A stretch of DNA of 64,000 nucleotides, from the IMG/VR virus record IMGVR_UViG_3300045988_151578, one strand, 5' to 3'. The stretch is from a virus. The position numbers and the translations under genes are program-made. Position 1 is the first letter of the stretch. Every line of letters starts with the position of its first letter. Under the pieces are notes generated by a model that was given only the letters and a program-made list of their open reading frames with translations, was not told the origin of the DNA and ran no database searches. Shown piece by piece: positions 39,378 to 48,845 of this stretch.

Positions 39378-40241
39378 CTACCTCCTATGTTTATTAAGTA
39401 GTATTCTTGGATTTGGTACATCTAAAGGACCAGGTCTTTTTAATCTAACGTTTCTCGGAGGTAATATTGGTTGATAGTTCTCACAAAATGGTAAGAATAT
39501 ATCCAACCTGTTAGCTAAAGTACACAAGTTCTTACGTAATTCATCTATGATACCTCCAGGTTTAAGAGCATCAGTAAAAGCCTTGAATAGACTACTTCCA
39601 CTCTCGGTTAATTTATCATAATACTGTACTTCTGTTGGACCCGTAGTTATAGATTTAATCCTATCTCCTCTTGCAGAATCAGCATTATCCTCTTCTGAAT
39701 CAGTAGTAGAACTTATTACACTACCAATATACTCATTAGATTTTATTAGGATATTCATAACCCTTACATTCAAAAAATCCCAGGCAGCCAATTCCATAAT
39801 TAATTGATTTTCTAGTCCTTCATAAGATAATTCATCATTATAATCCTCAATGGGAGTATCATGATTTACTAGAGGACCTATATACAATTGCCATTTATTG
39901 ATATACATGGCTTTATCTTCAATGGTAATTTTATCACCAATAACTGAAGGTATATAGTTATCTATCAATTCATATATGCTACCAGTTAAATGAGTTTTTG
40001 CTTTATTGGTTACTATTACAGTCTTACATACAGTACTATTAAATCCAGAAGAATCAGTTACAGTAAGTGTTACTTGATAAAATCCAGGTTTTTCATAGGT
40101 ATAATTAGGTAATCTCTGATTATATACATAACCCTTATCATCACCAAAATCCCACTCAAAAATGGATTTGGGTGGGGTTTTGGTAACTACTATAAAAGAA
40201 ACGTTTAGACCTAGTGTATTATATACAAAATCTAGATCCAT
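39378..40241 (-). CDS. PKD-domain protein (possible capsid decoration/adhesin)
   Basis: N-terminal FEWDFGDDKGYVYNQRLPNYTYEKPGFYQVTLTVTDSSGFNSTVCKTVIV is a PKD/Ig-like signature (WDFGDG ... Y-x-x-x-G-x-Y-x-V-x-L-x-V-x-D). Confidence 0.6.
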   Translation of the reverse strand: MDLDFVYNTLGLNVSFIVVTKTPPKSIFEWDFGDDKGYVYNQRLPNYTYEKPGFYQVTLTVTDSSGFNSTVCKTVIVTNKAKTHLTGSIYELIDNYIPSVIGDKITIEDKAMYINKWQLYIGPLVNHDTPIEDYNDELSYEGLENQLIMELAAWDFLNVRVMNILIKSNEYIGSVISSTTDSEEDNADSARGDRIKSITTGPTEVQYYDKLTESGSSLFKAFTDALKPGGIIDELRKNLCTLANRLDIFLPFCENYQPILPPRNVRLKRPGPLDVPNPRILLNKHRR

Positions 40242-40263
40242 ACAATAAAAAAAATAAGATTAT

Positions 40264-40650
40264 TTATTCATCATCCTTATCCAGTAATACCTCAAGTATA
40301 GATTCTACAGTATCATTATCATCATATGATACTCCATTGCGATTGGCTACTTGTTTTACCTGTTCAAGAGTATAACCCTTAGCTATTTTAGCAATAGTAA
40401 GACCATTCTTTAATTGGCCTTTCATCTTGTTAAATAGCTTATCGGGATCATCCTTAGAACCTACATCGGATTTATTCTCTACTAAAATCAAGTGACCAGA
40501 ATTGATGGCCAACTGTATTCTACGAGTACGGAATTGAACTGGTGTAAGTTCTACTACTTCACCACGGCATACCGTAATACCTGTGGACTGATCATGGAAA
40601 CTATAGGCTTTATCTCCTGTAGTTACTTTATAAACCTTAGACTTTGTCAT
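40264..40650 (-). CDS. Hypothetical protein with C-terminal HeH/SAP-like motif
   Basis: YTLEQVKQVANRNGVSYDDNDTVESILEVLL resembles a Rho-N/HeH helix-extended-helix motif. Confidence 0.4.
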   Translation of the reverse strand: MTKSKVYKVTTGDKAYSFHDQSTGITVCRGEVVELTPVQFRTRRIQLAINSGHLILVENKSDVGSKDDPDKLFNKMKGQLKNGLTIAKIAKGYTLEQVKQVANRNGVSYDDNDTVESILEVLLDKDDE

Positions 40651-40682
40651 ATTTATTAAGAATTTAAGTTATATACTATAAT

Positions 40683-40778
40683 AGAGAGATTCTAGATATA
40701 GGCAAATGGCTAAAAAATGTTATGAATGTCTCAATTTATCAAATGAAAAGATTATACCTAATATCTAGAAGTCTCTCT
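40683..40778 (-). promoter_or_regulatory. Long-range 17-bp stem immediately downstream of the major capsid gene
   Basis: AGAGAGATTCTAGATAT (40683-40699) pairs with ATATCTAGAAGTCTCTCT (40761-40778) with one bulged G and a 61-nt loop. Confidence 0.4.
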
Positions 40779-40785
40779 TATGATA

Positions 40786-41898
40786 TTACTCCAGATTTAC
40801 CAGAAGATATGGATCTATGTTCATGAAATCTGGGAATCCATTGTCTGAGAACTTCTTACTTGAATCCAGCATAAGAACGGCATCCTGATACATCTTACTG
40901 AATCCTGTAGTAAGTGTAGCATATACAGCTTCTGTCTGATTAGATACTATTCTCTCAGATTCAAGCATAAGCTGTTTAGCTGTAAGCTTAATCAAAGCTG
41001 CAGACTTATCAATCATCATCAACTGATTATCTGGAGTTCCCGGGTGAATGTAGAAATCTGCAGACTTAGGGACTGGAGACTTAACATTGAGTGTTGCCTG
41101 AGTAGTTCCGTAACTCTTATCCTTGAATTCTGGGAGATCAAGTAATTCGATAGACTGATCCTCACCACCGATCATGGTAGTAAAGTTACGGCCCATACGA
41201 GAAGCTCTTACCCAAATGTGGAGCAAGTCTTTATAAGCAATACCCTTATCAGTATCATATACTCCAATTACTGGAGCAGATTCTGAACCATCGGCTTTGT
41301 TACCGTTGATTGCTACATCCATTGCAAGATTATCCATAGCATAACCAAGCTGAATACCGAAATCACGGAGATATATACCAAGTACGTCAAGAGATACATA
41401 ACTCTTAACTTCATCAGTGAGTTTAAAGCCCTTACCAATTTTGAACAGTCTTACTGACTTCTGTCCATAACTGATATCTCCCAATGGGATAGTCTCAGCC
41501 TCATTTATCTTAGCCGGTGCAGCATCACTCATGTTGATAAACGGCATGATAGCTGATAGTCCATTGATTGGTTGATCAGCTGTGATAATCTGAGGATAGA
41601 AAGGTGCCTGTCTCATGCCCAGGGTAATGGCATCACGGATAATCTCTGGTACAACCCATCTTACACTCTGATCTGGCATAGAGTATAAGTTCTGCATAGT
41701 AGTAACTCTAGTATTTATACCGATTTTTTCGAAGAGTTCTGATTGTGTAATTCCCCACTTTCCTTTTACAAACTCTTCAAAGGTAACTTCTACGGGTTTA
41801 TGAGAACTATCTCCAGCACGTAGAGCATCCAAAGAATGTACTATATTCGGAAGTTCTTTCTTGAAATCCTTAGCTTCCATTTTTGTTATATCTACCAT
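40786..41898 (-). CDS. Major capsid protein (HK97-fold expected)
   Basis: 370 aa, placed after the protease-scaffold and decoration genes and followed by a strong hairpin. Called on size, order and composition, not a specific motif. Confidence 0.65.
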   Translation of the reverse strand: MVDITKMEAKDFKKELPNIVHSLDALRAGDSSHKPVEVTFEEFVKGKWGITQSELFEKIGINTRVTTMQNLYSMPDQSVRWVVPEIIRDAITLGMRQAPFYPQIITADQPINGLSAIMPFINMSDAAPAKINEAETIPLGDISYGQKSVRLFKIGKGFKLTDEVKSYVSLDVLGIYLRDFGIQLGYAMDNLAMDVAINGNKADGSESAPVIGVYDTDKGIAYKDLLHIWVRASRMGRNFTTMIGGEDQSIELLDLPEFKDKSYGTTQATLNVKSPVPKSADFYIHPGTPDNQLMMIDKSAALIKLTAKQLMLESERIVSNQTEAVYATLTTGFSKMYQDAVLMLDSSKKFSDNGFPDFMNIDPYLLVNLE

Positions 41899-41919
41899 AA
41901 TTTAAATGTGTTTTTAAGT

Positions 41920-42366
41920 TTAACGTACCAATACTTGTATAATCTCGTTTGCTTCATCAGCCGGATTCAATGCCAAGAAATCTTCATTTATTCCCTGGTT
42001 AGCCTTTACGAATCTACCGTTAAGTATATCACCAGAAGGAATTACCGGACCACATTTAACTGTACCATTTGATACCCAGTTAACAATGGCATATCCTCTC
42101 ATCATTACTGTTACTTCTACTGGATAGTTTCTCTGTTCCCCATAAGCTGGAGTTTCGCTACTTGTAAGAGCAATGCCCAGATAGTTTTTCTTGCCATCCT
42201 TAAAGGGTTCTATATTACCCTCATCGGTAAGACATACTGGCATACCTGGATAAATCTTCTCTCCGGATTTTACTGTAAATGCCTGACAAAGCTTATGTGA
42301 TTCACTTTTATAAATCACCACTTTAGGAGTTCTTTGTCCTAAAAGAGTTAATGGAGTTTCTTTCAT
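41920..42366 (-). CDS. Capsid decoration/cement-like protein (DUF2190-like)
   Basis: 148 aa between the protease-scaffold and the MCP. The pattern G-x-x-V ... YLGIALTSS ... VTVMMRGYAIVN ... G is reminiscent of the DUF2190 beta-clip family. Confidence 0.45.
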   Translation of the reverse strand: MKETPLTLLGQRTPKVVIYKSESHKLCQAFTVKSGEKIYPGMPVCLTDEGNIEPFKDGKKNYLGIALTSSETPAYGEQRNYPVEVTVMMRGYAIVNWVSNGTVKCGPVIPSGDILNGRFVKANQGINEDFLALNPADEANEIIQVLVR

Positions 42367-42395
42367 AACTTTATTTATTGATTTAGATTATTGAT

Positions 42396-43871
42396 TTATA
42401 TCTTAGACTTATACAATGTCTCAGCATTGAATTCCTCCTCCTTGTTTTTGGTTTCGTCCTCATTTTTAGTTTCATCTTCTTTTACAGAAGAAGCTCGGCT
42501 AATCTTATGAGAACCACATTCTGAACAAACTAGTGGGAACTTTTCCTCAAGCCGGATCTCATAATCCTTATTCAAGGCTATAAGAGTTTCTACTCCGGTA
42601 GTTTCTGCACTGAGCATCTTAACAATAGTTTCATCAACGTCCTTCTCAGAAGTAAACAGCTTCTTATAGTTAGTAACTGTTTTATCTCTGAGTTTAGCTA
42701 TATAATCTTTACCTACCTCAGAGAACTTCTCAAGAGATTTAACCTGGTCTTCCAACTTAGTGATTTTATCACTAAGAGAAGTTTTTTCAGTATTGAGATT
42801 GGCATTATCTGATTCGAGATTATTACATTTCTCTACCAATGAAGATATAGATTTGTAAGCCTCATCCAGATTTATCTCTCCTTCGGTATCATTAAGCTTA
42901 ATCAAGCCATTTTTTCCGAATATTCTTTCTAAAAAGTTCTGTAATTCTTGGTTCATGTCTTTTGTGATTTTATTATTAGTATTATTTTCTTTATTATATC
43001 CTTGAGTATCGTCGTTATATGGACAAGTTTTATAATCCTCATATGAGTAATGTTTTGGTTCATCCATATACTCTTTATAAGAATTATATACCCGATTAGC
43101 ATATGTAGGATTAACTATTTTACCATTATCACCAACTTTCTGAGCATAAGGATCAGCTCCATGTGATACTAGTGATGTTTCGGCATATCTTATTACTTCG
43201 GTAACTACTCTACATATGAGATTGCCCTTAGAATCATATGTTCCCAGTTTCTCCCAAAATTCATTGTTATCCAATTCTGGATGAGATTTATCCCACCTAA
43301 ATTGAACAGTTACTGAATTTGAATGTATAGATGGTGGTTCCATTAGAATACCTCTAGCGATACGTGGATTAGATTTACCATCTATCTTAAGTACACCATT
43401 TATTCCTGCTGGTATTTTAAACCTACCATCAGTATAACCTTCTTGCCACATCACCTGTGAAACTGATCCTATTGCATTACCAATACTAGTTTCATGATCA
43501 CAGTTTACAGTTTGACCCAGCATTAATTTCATAGAAGCCTTTAGAACACCGTTTTTACTAAAATCAGTAGGCATCCAATTTTTGGATACTATAATTTCTG
43601 ATATTAGCCTGAATACAGGTTCTATAAATTCTTCAGACTTAGGCTTAAGATCATCCAGAGACAAATCAGGATAATAAGTGTTATAATCAATATCACTAAA
43701 AAATCCAAATTTAGCTATACTTTCTGGACTTACCTTAGACCACTTATAAAAGTTTTCATTGAAGGTTAATGGATCTATACTCTTTGGTATATGATTAGCC
43801 ATTATAGTATGACCCTGATCTATGATCATACGATCCTCAAAACTTTGGTTCTTTAGATTTTTGTAATACAT
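42396..43871 (-). CDS. Prohead protease (S78-like) fused to a coiled-coil scaffold region
   Basis: Candidate catalytic His in VNCDHETSIGNAIG and Ser in HSNSVTVQF. The C-terminal 170 aa are coiled coil (LESDNANLNTEKTSLSDKITKLEDQVKSLEK) plus CSECGSH. Position is after the portal gene. Confidence 0.5.
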   Translation of the reverse strand: MYYKNLKNQSFEDRMIIDQGHTIMANHIPKSIDPLTFNENFYKWSKVSPESIAKFGFFSDIDYNTYYPDLSLDDLKPKSEEFIEPVFRLISEIIVSKNWMPTDFSKNGVLKASMKLMLGQTVNCDHETSIGNAIGSVSQVMWQEGYTDGRFKIPAGINGVLKIDGKSNPRIARGILMEPPSIHSNSVTVQFRWDKSHPELDNNEFWEKLGTYDSKGNLICRVVTEVIRYAETSLVSHGADPYAQKVGDNGKIVNPTYANRVYNSYKEYMDEPKHYSYEDYKTCPYNDDTQGYNKENNTNNKITKDMNQELQNFLERIFGKNGLIKLNDTEGEINLDEAYKSISSLVEKCNNLESDNANLNTEKTSLSDKITKLEDQVKSLEKFSEVGKDYIAKLRDKTVTNYKKLFTSEKDVDETIVKMLSAETTGVETLIALNKDYEIRLEEKFPLVCSECGSHKISRASSVKEDETKNEDETKNKEEEFNAETLYKSKI

Positions 43872-43900
43872 AATTATGAGGGTTTATAATTTAATATGCT

Positions 43901-45376
43901 TTATCTTGCTTTTGAATCTTGGTCTTTCCTCTTTGGAGCTGGATTATTCTTATCTCTAGTTCTACGGTTAGACTGATTCTTGTCATCTTGACGTTGTTTT
44001 TTCTTAGTAGCTTCTTGTGGATCAGAGTTATCACTATCTTCAAGGGATACTCTTGGTTCATCCTGATCTGGAGAATCATAGCCCATTTCCCAAGCATATT
44101 GCCACTGAGATATTATTCCAGCAGCATATAACAAATTAAGATTCTGTATCTTATATTGTCTTCCCTGTTGAACTTTAACTTCATCTGATATAGTTGAAGT
44201 TCCCCAAGTAATAGTTATACCCTTATTATTAAATCCAGCCAACCTTAGTTCAAGTGTATATATAAACTTAAGTACATACCCAACAATAGTCTGTATATTA
44301 CTCAATTGAGATATAAGCTTGCTTAATACTATACCACTACCTCCCTCAGTACTTGAATTATTAAGACCGATGATAGAACTGTTAACTCCAAGTCCATTAG
44401 CTACCGATTGTTGATTCATATTCCAGGGAGTTTGTAAATTGCCCAACTCCTTAGTTGTAGCATTAAGCTTAAATTCGGATTCATCCATAAATCCAGTAAC
44501 TATACCGTCTTTAAGTGATTCCTTCATGTTTAGCTTTAGTTTTCTAAGCATACGATCTAGCCTTAATTCATAAGCTTTAAGAGATTCACCTCCGGATTGA
44601 CTAGGTTTTTCTATTTTAGCCTCTAAGAATCCAACCATACCCATCAAATCCATAATATGCTTAAAATTAATTCTCATATCTTGCTGGCTTTTTAATGAAT
44701 CTAAAGCAGCCATAAATGGAGGTATTCCATAAGGTTCATCTGTATCATTATACATACCAGCATAAACATAAGTTTCTGGATTTAACTTTATAAAATCTTC
44801 TCCGGGTTTTCTAAGAAAATTTACATTTCTTTGGTATGGTACATATACTCCATCTTCCTGTTGATGGAAGTATATATTCTCAGGTTTAAGGAACAATATA
44901 GTTGAAAGACCATCTAATTTCATATTTGGAACGGCTTCAACTGATATAGCTCCTCCGGTTAGTAATTGTACAATCATCTTGTTAACTAACCCATCAATAC
45001 CAGCAGTATACCTTGACCATTTAGAAGATACATCTATTAGATGATCTCTCATAGCATTGGCTTCTTTATCGGTATTGTTCGGAAATAATATATTATGATG
45101 AGTATTGGCTAACTTAAAAGTATCCTGTAGAGCTATGCTCATATCAGGGTTTACCTTGTATAGATCCCTTATTAAGGGTATAACTTCTCTACGAAATGAT
45201 GGGTTTACCATCTTAGTCATACCCTTAAGTATAGAATATACACTAGTATTAGAACTATCCTCAGGTACTGATACTCGTCCTGGAGATATAGCTACTACCT
45301 CTTTGTTTGGTTTTTGAGGACTAGGTTTACTCTTATCCTTAGTTTTAAATAGGTTAAAATTAAAAAAATTTCTCAT
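43901..45376 (-). CDS. Portal protein
   Basis: 491 aa directly downstream of TerL with a 4-nt overlap, and a highly charged C-terminal tail. Called on order and size. Confidence 0.7.
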   Translation of the reverse strand: MRNFFNFNLFKTKDKSKPSPQKPNKEVVAISPGRVSVPEDSSNTSVYSILKGMTKMVNPSFRREVIPLIRDLYKVNPDMSIALQDTFKLANTHHNILFPNNTDKEANAMRDHLIDVSSKWSRYTAGIDGLVNKMIVQLLTGGAISVEAVPNMKLDGLSTILFLKPENIYFHQQEDGVYVPYQRNVNFLRKPGEDFIKLNPETYVYAGMYNDTDEPYGIPPFMAALDSLKSQQDMRINFKHIMDLMGMVGFLEAKIEKPSQSGGESLKAYELRLDRMLRKLKLNMKESLKDGIVTGFMDESEFKLNATTKELGNLQTPWNMNQQSVANGLGVNSSIIGLNNSSTEGGSGIVLSKLISQLSNIQTIVGYVLKFIYTLELRLAGFNNKGITITWGTSTISDEVKVQQGRQYKIQNLNLLYAAGIISQWQYAWEMGYDSPDQDEPRVSLEDSDNSDPQEATKKKQRQDDKNQSNRRTRDKNNPAPKRKDQDSKAR

Positions 45377-46875
45377 TTTGGTAATATTATTACATTAGAC
45401 TTACCTTTCCTTATATGATTAGTGATGGCTTTCCCCATTATATCATCATCAGCATATACTTCTCCTTCAAGATCTACATCACCTTGAGAATTAGCTCTAT
45501 GCTTACCCATAGCAACAGGTCTATTCAAACTGTCATATATAAATGTATAGGCTTCTTGTACAAAGAATGGATCTTTTACTACTATATTGTTTTCTCTTAT
45601 ATCAGTTTCTAGTCCGTCAATTATAACGGGTCTATTCTTATTAGTAGTTAACCAACCAGGACACTTATCCATCTCTGGTTTGCTCTTACCTTTTTTCTTA
45701 ACAAGCTTTTGATAAAAATATAAATTTGGGTAACCCTCTGCTTGTAAAAAAGCGGTTACTGCCATACCAACATCATTTGATTCAGGGGCTAAGGTAGCAT
45801 AATTATAATAAGTTCCAGTATCACCAAGTAACCTACTAAATTTATCTACAGATACTTTCCCCTTAAATACAGATTGTTCTTCACCATCCTTATCCATACA
45901 AGTAAATGATGAATAGTCTGAAGCTCTACCAGTTGAAACATCAGCTCCAATGAAATATTTCTTATCCTTTTCTGGTTCATTAAATCTTCGATATTGACCA
46001 TTCATTGCAGTATATATTGCAGGATAATCAGATAAACAGTCTTCTATAGCTTTTATATCTGTAAGATCAAATACAGTATTTCCTGAACCAAGAAAGTCTC
46101 CATCAATCTCTTGAGCAGTTCTTCTTGGTCCAAGAGCTTTAGCCATTTCAGTATACCAATTATCATCTCTTTCAGGGTGCATTCTCCAATACAATCTAAT
46201 TGGTACAAATGGATTAGACCCAGCTAAGGCTTCTACCCAGCTTGAGTGATAAAATCCACCTATACCAAATGGAGTACTGTTAACTATAGCAGATCCTCCC
46301 GTAGATAGTGTTGGGAATGCAGCTGCCCATATTTGAGCAGACCATCTAACAATAGCTGCTTCATCTATGATTAGCAATGACAAAGATTCAGAACGACCAG
46401 CTTCGGAAGAAGTAGGTATAGATTCTATAAATGACCCATTATCGAATTCTATCATTGAAGCACTACCATATTCTCCAGTTCTACCATTTATAATTGGTGT
46501 TTGTAAGTACCATGGTAGATTCTTATACATATACTTAATCTTTCTAAGTACTTTCTTAGCTGTAGTGTCCTTAATTGAGATAATGTTTATCTTTTTATTG
46601 GGGTGATACATAGCTAACCATAAACAGTACATAGATATAAGCTCGGTAATACCAGCTTGTCTAAATTTAAGTATTATGTTAAACCTATTGCATAAGAATT
46701 GGTAAAGTACTGACTTTTGATAAGGATATAGATTGAATTGAACCTTACCTTTTACTGGATGTATAACGTATATAAAAGTACTAAAGAAGAAAGGGTCCTT
46801 AGTAACTTGATACAAGTTATGTAATTCAGTACTGGTTAAGTTCTTAGAACTAAAATCTTCTCCTCTTTTTGCCAT
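45373..46875 (-). CDS. Terminase large subunit
   Basis: T4 gp17-like ATPase layout: LYPYQKSVL, Walker A region KFRQAGITEL, Walker B LLIIDEAAIV. The nuclease domain Asp lies in FIGADVSTG. Confidence 0.85.
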   Translation of the reverse strand: MAKRGEDFSSKNLTSTELHNLYQVTKDPFFFSTFIYVIHPVKGKVQFNLYPYQKSVLYQFLCNRFNIILKFRQAGITELISMYCLWLAMYHPNKKINIISIKDTTAKKVLRKIKYMYKNLPWYLQTPIINGRTGEYGSASMIEFDNGSFIESIPTSSEAGRSESLSLLIIDEAAIVRWSAQIWAAAFPTLSTGGSAIVNSTPFGIGGFYHSSWVEALAGSNPFVPIRLYWRMHPERDDNWYTEMAKALGPRRTAQEIDGDFLGSGNTVFDLTDIKAIEDCLSDYPAIYTAMNGQYRRFNEPEKDKKYFIGADVSTGRASDYSSFTCMDKDGEEQSVFKGKVSVDKFSRLLGDTGTYYNYATLAPESNDVGMAVTAFLQAEGYPNLYFYQKLVKKKGKSKPEMDKCPGWLTTNKNRPVIIDGLETDIRENNIVVKDPFFVQEAYTFIYDSLNRPVAMGKHRANSQGDVDLEGEVYADDDIMGKAITNHIRKGKSNVIILPK

Positions 46876-46876
46876 G

Positions 46877-47569
46877 TTATTTAAACTTATATGTGATGGA
46901 AATTTCTAAATCTTTACCCAAACTTTTCTGAAGGCTTGGATAATAGAATAGATTTACTCCAAGATTATAATTAAATCTCTTAGTCTCGAGAGATATACCT
47001 GAAGATAAATCCCAAAAGTTATTAAATACTCGATATTTACCTTGAATGTAAGGTACCAATTTAAGGTTAATTTTATTACCTACTTCCTTAACGGTTAATT
47101 TCCCATCTACCCAATTATAGGCATAATTATCTAAATCTATTGGATAATCCTCGATTTTATAGGTACTATCGATAACATTTTTAAATGTAAGTGATAGGAA
47201 ATCCTTAGATAATAAGAATTGATAGATAGAATCACCAAGAAATCCCGAAGAATAGCCACCGTAATTGGTGCCCGTCATAGGAGATAGTGTGTCATCGGCA
47301 TGTGTTGCATAAGAGACGGAATCGTAGCTATTACTTTCGGGATTTTTGAAAAGTGTAACCTTAGTAGGAATCATACCGTTGTTAAACGGTTCTACTTTCT
47401 TAAATTCATCCAGATTCTTATAAACTGTATCCGGTACGGAAGATGTAGTATGGATGTATCCCGTATCGGAATTTAGTTTGTGATTTAGATAAATTGATCG
47501 AAAGCAAAAGTAAATAGTCAATAGTGATAAAATTATGATCGCTAAATTCTTGATCTTGTTATTATCCAT
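46877..47569 (-). CDS. Signal-anchored beta-rich protein at the head of the structural operon
   Basis: N-terminal TM helix (LAIIILSLLTIYFCF). The C-terminal part is rich in alternating aromatic/polar beta-strand-like residues and ends ISITYKFK. Its stop abuts the TerL start. Confidence 0.55.
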   Translation of the reverse strand: MDNNKIKNLAIIILSLLTIYFCFRSIYLNHKLNSDTGYIHTTSSVPDTVYKNLDEFKKVEPFNNGMIPTKVTLFKNPESNSYDSVSYATHADDTLSPMTGTNYGGYSSGFLGDSIYQFLLSKDFLSLTFKNVIDSTYKIEDYPIDLDNYAYNWVDGKLTVKEVGNKINLKLVPYIQGKYRVFNNFWDLSSGISLETKRFNYNLGVNLFYYPSLQKSLGKDLEISITYKFK

Positions 47570-47614
47570 AAATCGAAATTTAAATTCTTATCAGTTAGTG
47601 AATATTGATACTAT

Positions 47615-47642
47615 TATTGGGCTTTACACGTAAAGCCCAATA
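47615..47642 (-). terminator. Hairpin terminating the methyltransferase operon
   Basis: TATTGGGCTTTAC-AC-GTAAAGCCCAATA read directly. A second weaker stem, ATTGATT...AATCAAT, lies beside it. Confidence 0.55.
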
Positions 47643-47825
47643 TTGATTGAGCGTAGCGAAATCAATTCATTTATGTTTTATTCTTTTCTTTCTTTCTATT
47701 ACTCCTCGTATATATACATACATATAAAAATTTATATATATATACGAAGTATAGTATATATATAAATTTTTCAAGGTACCCCGACGTTTATAATATATAA
47801 TCATATATTATATCGTGAAACTTTA

Positions 47826-48845
47826 TTAGGGCCTTAATAAGCATTTCCTAAACCATAATCCTATCTCATATACGGATCCTTTTGCCAAAGTATACCTTGC
47901 CTTATTTAACCAATAATCATACCTATCCTTATCCATGTAAATTTTATACCTTTTGGGAAATCCCATTATGTGTTTTATATCCTGTATACCTAAAGGATAA
48001 CCATCAGGTCTAAACTGTCTATCTGCAGGTCTTACTGTAAGAGGACATCTATCTGGATCTAATTTATATACTCCAGGTAAAGTTGACATCTTCTTAGTCT
48101 TGATAGGCCATTTTCTTTCATCTTTAAAATCTGTATCCCATAGCTTTTTAATTTGGGATACGGTTAAATTTTTCTTTTCAGGTAATTCCCTATAATCATA
48201 CATCGCTAAAGTTTTATTTAAACTCGGCATATAATTCTGATTATTTCCATTAAAATAGGCAGGTTCCAGTAAATTTCTAGAAACTTTTATAGTATTTATG
48301 CTAAATATATTATTAAACTTATTTACTAAGCTCTTATATTTATCCTTTATACCTATAATAATTAACCTATTCCTAGACTTCTGAGAATTACCAAACTCTG
48401 ATACAGAATGGCAATGATATACCAAATGATAACCCTTAAAGGTATTTTCCCATACTCCTTTTGGTATTAGATCCAATAATCTGGGTAAGTTTTCTATTAG
48501 GAATATCTCTGGCTTATAATGAAGTATACACTCTATCACTAAATTAATGGACTTATTTTTTTCAGGTTTACCCAAAGTTTTAACTTTAGATAACCTCATT
48601 ACTGAACTAGCTCCACAATCTGGTGATGATAAGATTATATTTGGATGTTCAAAATCTAAGTATTTTTCTCTTAGAAATGGTACTTGGTTAAAGTTAAGTT
48701 TCCACTGTTCTTCTAGAGGAGTATGAAATACTCCTCTAGATTCAATGTTTCCTATTAGATGTTTTCTAAATGGGAATAATAAAGCTCCTTGACCAGCACA
48801 TACACCAAGTACCTTTAAGTTTTTAAAGGTAATCTTTCCAGGCAT
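47826..48845 (-). CDS. DNA (cytosine-5) methyltransferase
   Basis: C5-MTase motifs in order: I GVCAGQGA, IV SSPDCGASS (catalytic Cys), VI LIENLPRL, VIII NSQKSRNRLIIIG, IX IMGFPKRY, X LAKGSVYEIG. Confidence 0.75.
   Translation of the reverse strand: MPGKITFKNLKVLGVCAGQGALLFPFRKHLIGNIESRGVFHTPLEEQWKLNFNQVPFLREKYLDFEHPNIILSSPDCGASSVMRLSKVKTLGKPEKNKSINLVIECILHYKPEIFLIENLPRLLDLIPKGVWENTFKGYHLVYHCHSVSEFGNSQKSRNRLIIIGIKDKYKSLVNKFNNIFSINTIKVSRNLLEPAYFNGNNQNYMPSLNKTLAMYDYRELPEKKNLTVSQIKKLWDTDFKDERKWPIKTKKMSTLPGVYKLDPDRCPLTVRPADRQFRPDGYPLGIQDIKHIMGFPKRYKIYMDKDRYDYWLNKARYTLAKGSVYEIGLWFRKCLLRP

Noticed and set aside
41836-46606. ORFs 41836..42072(+), 43891..44097(-), 43919..44131(+), 45105..45317(+), 45415..45612(+) and 46367..46606(+)
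   Set aside because: They are embedded in the capsid, portal and terminase genes. 43891..44097 is an alternative frame of the portal 3' end.
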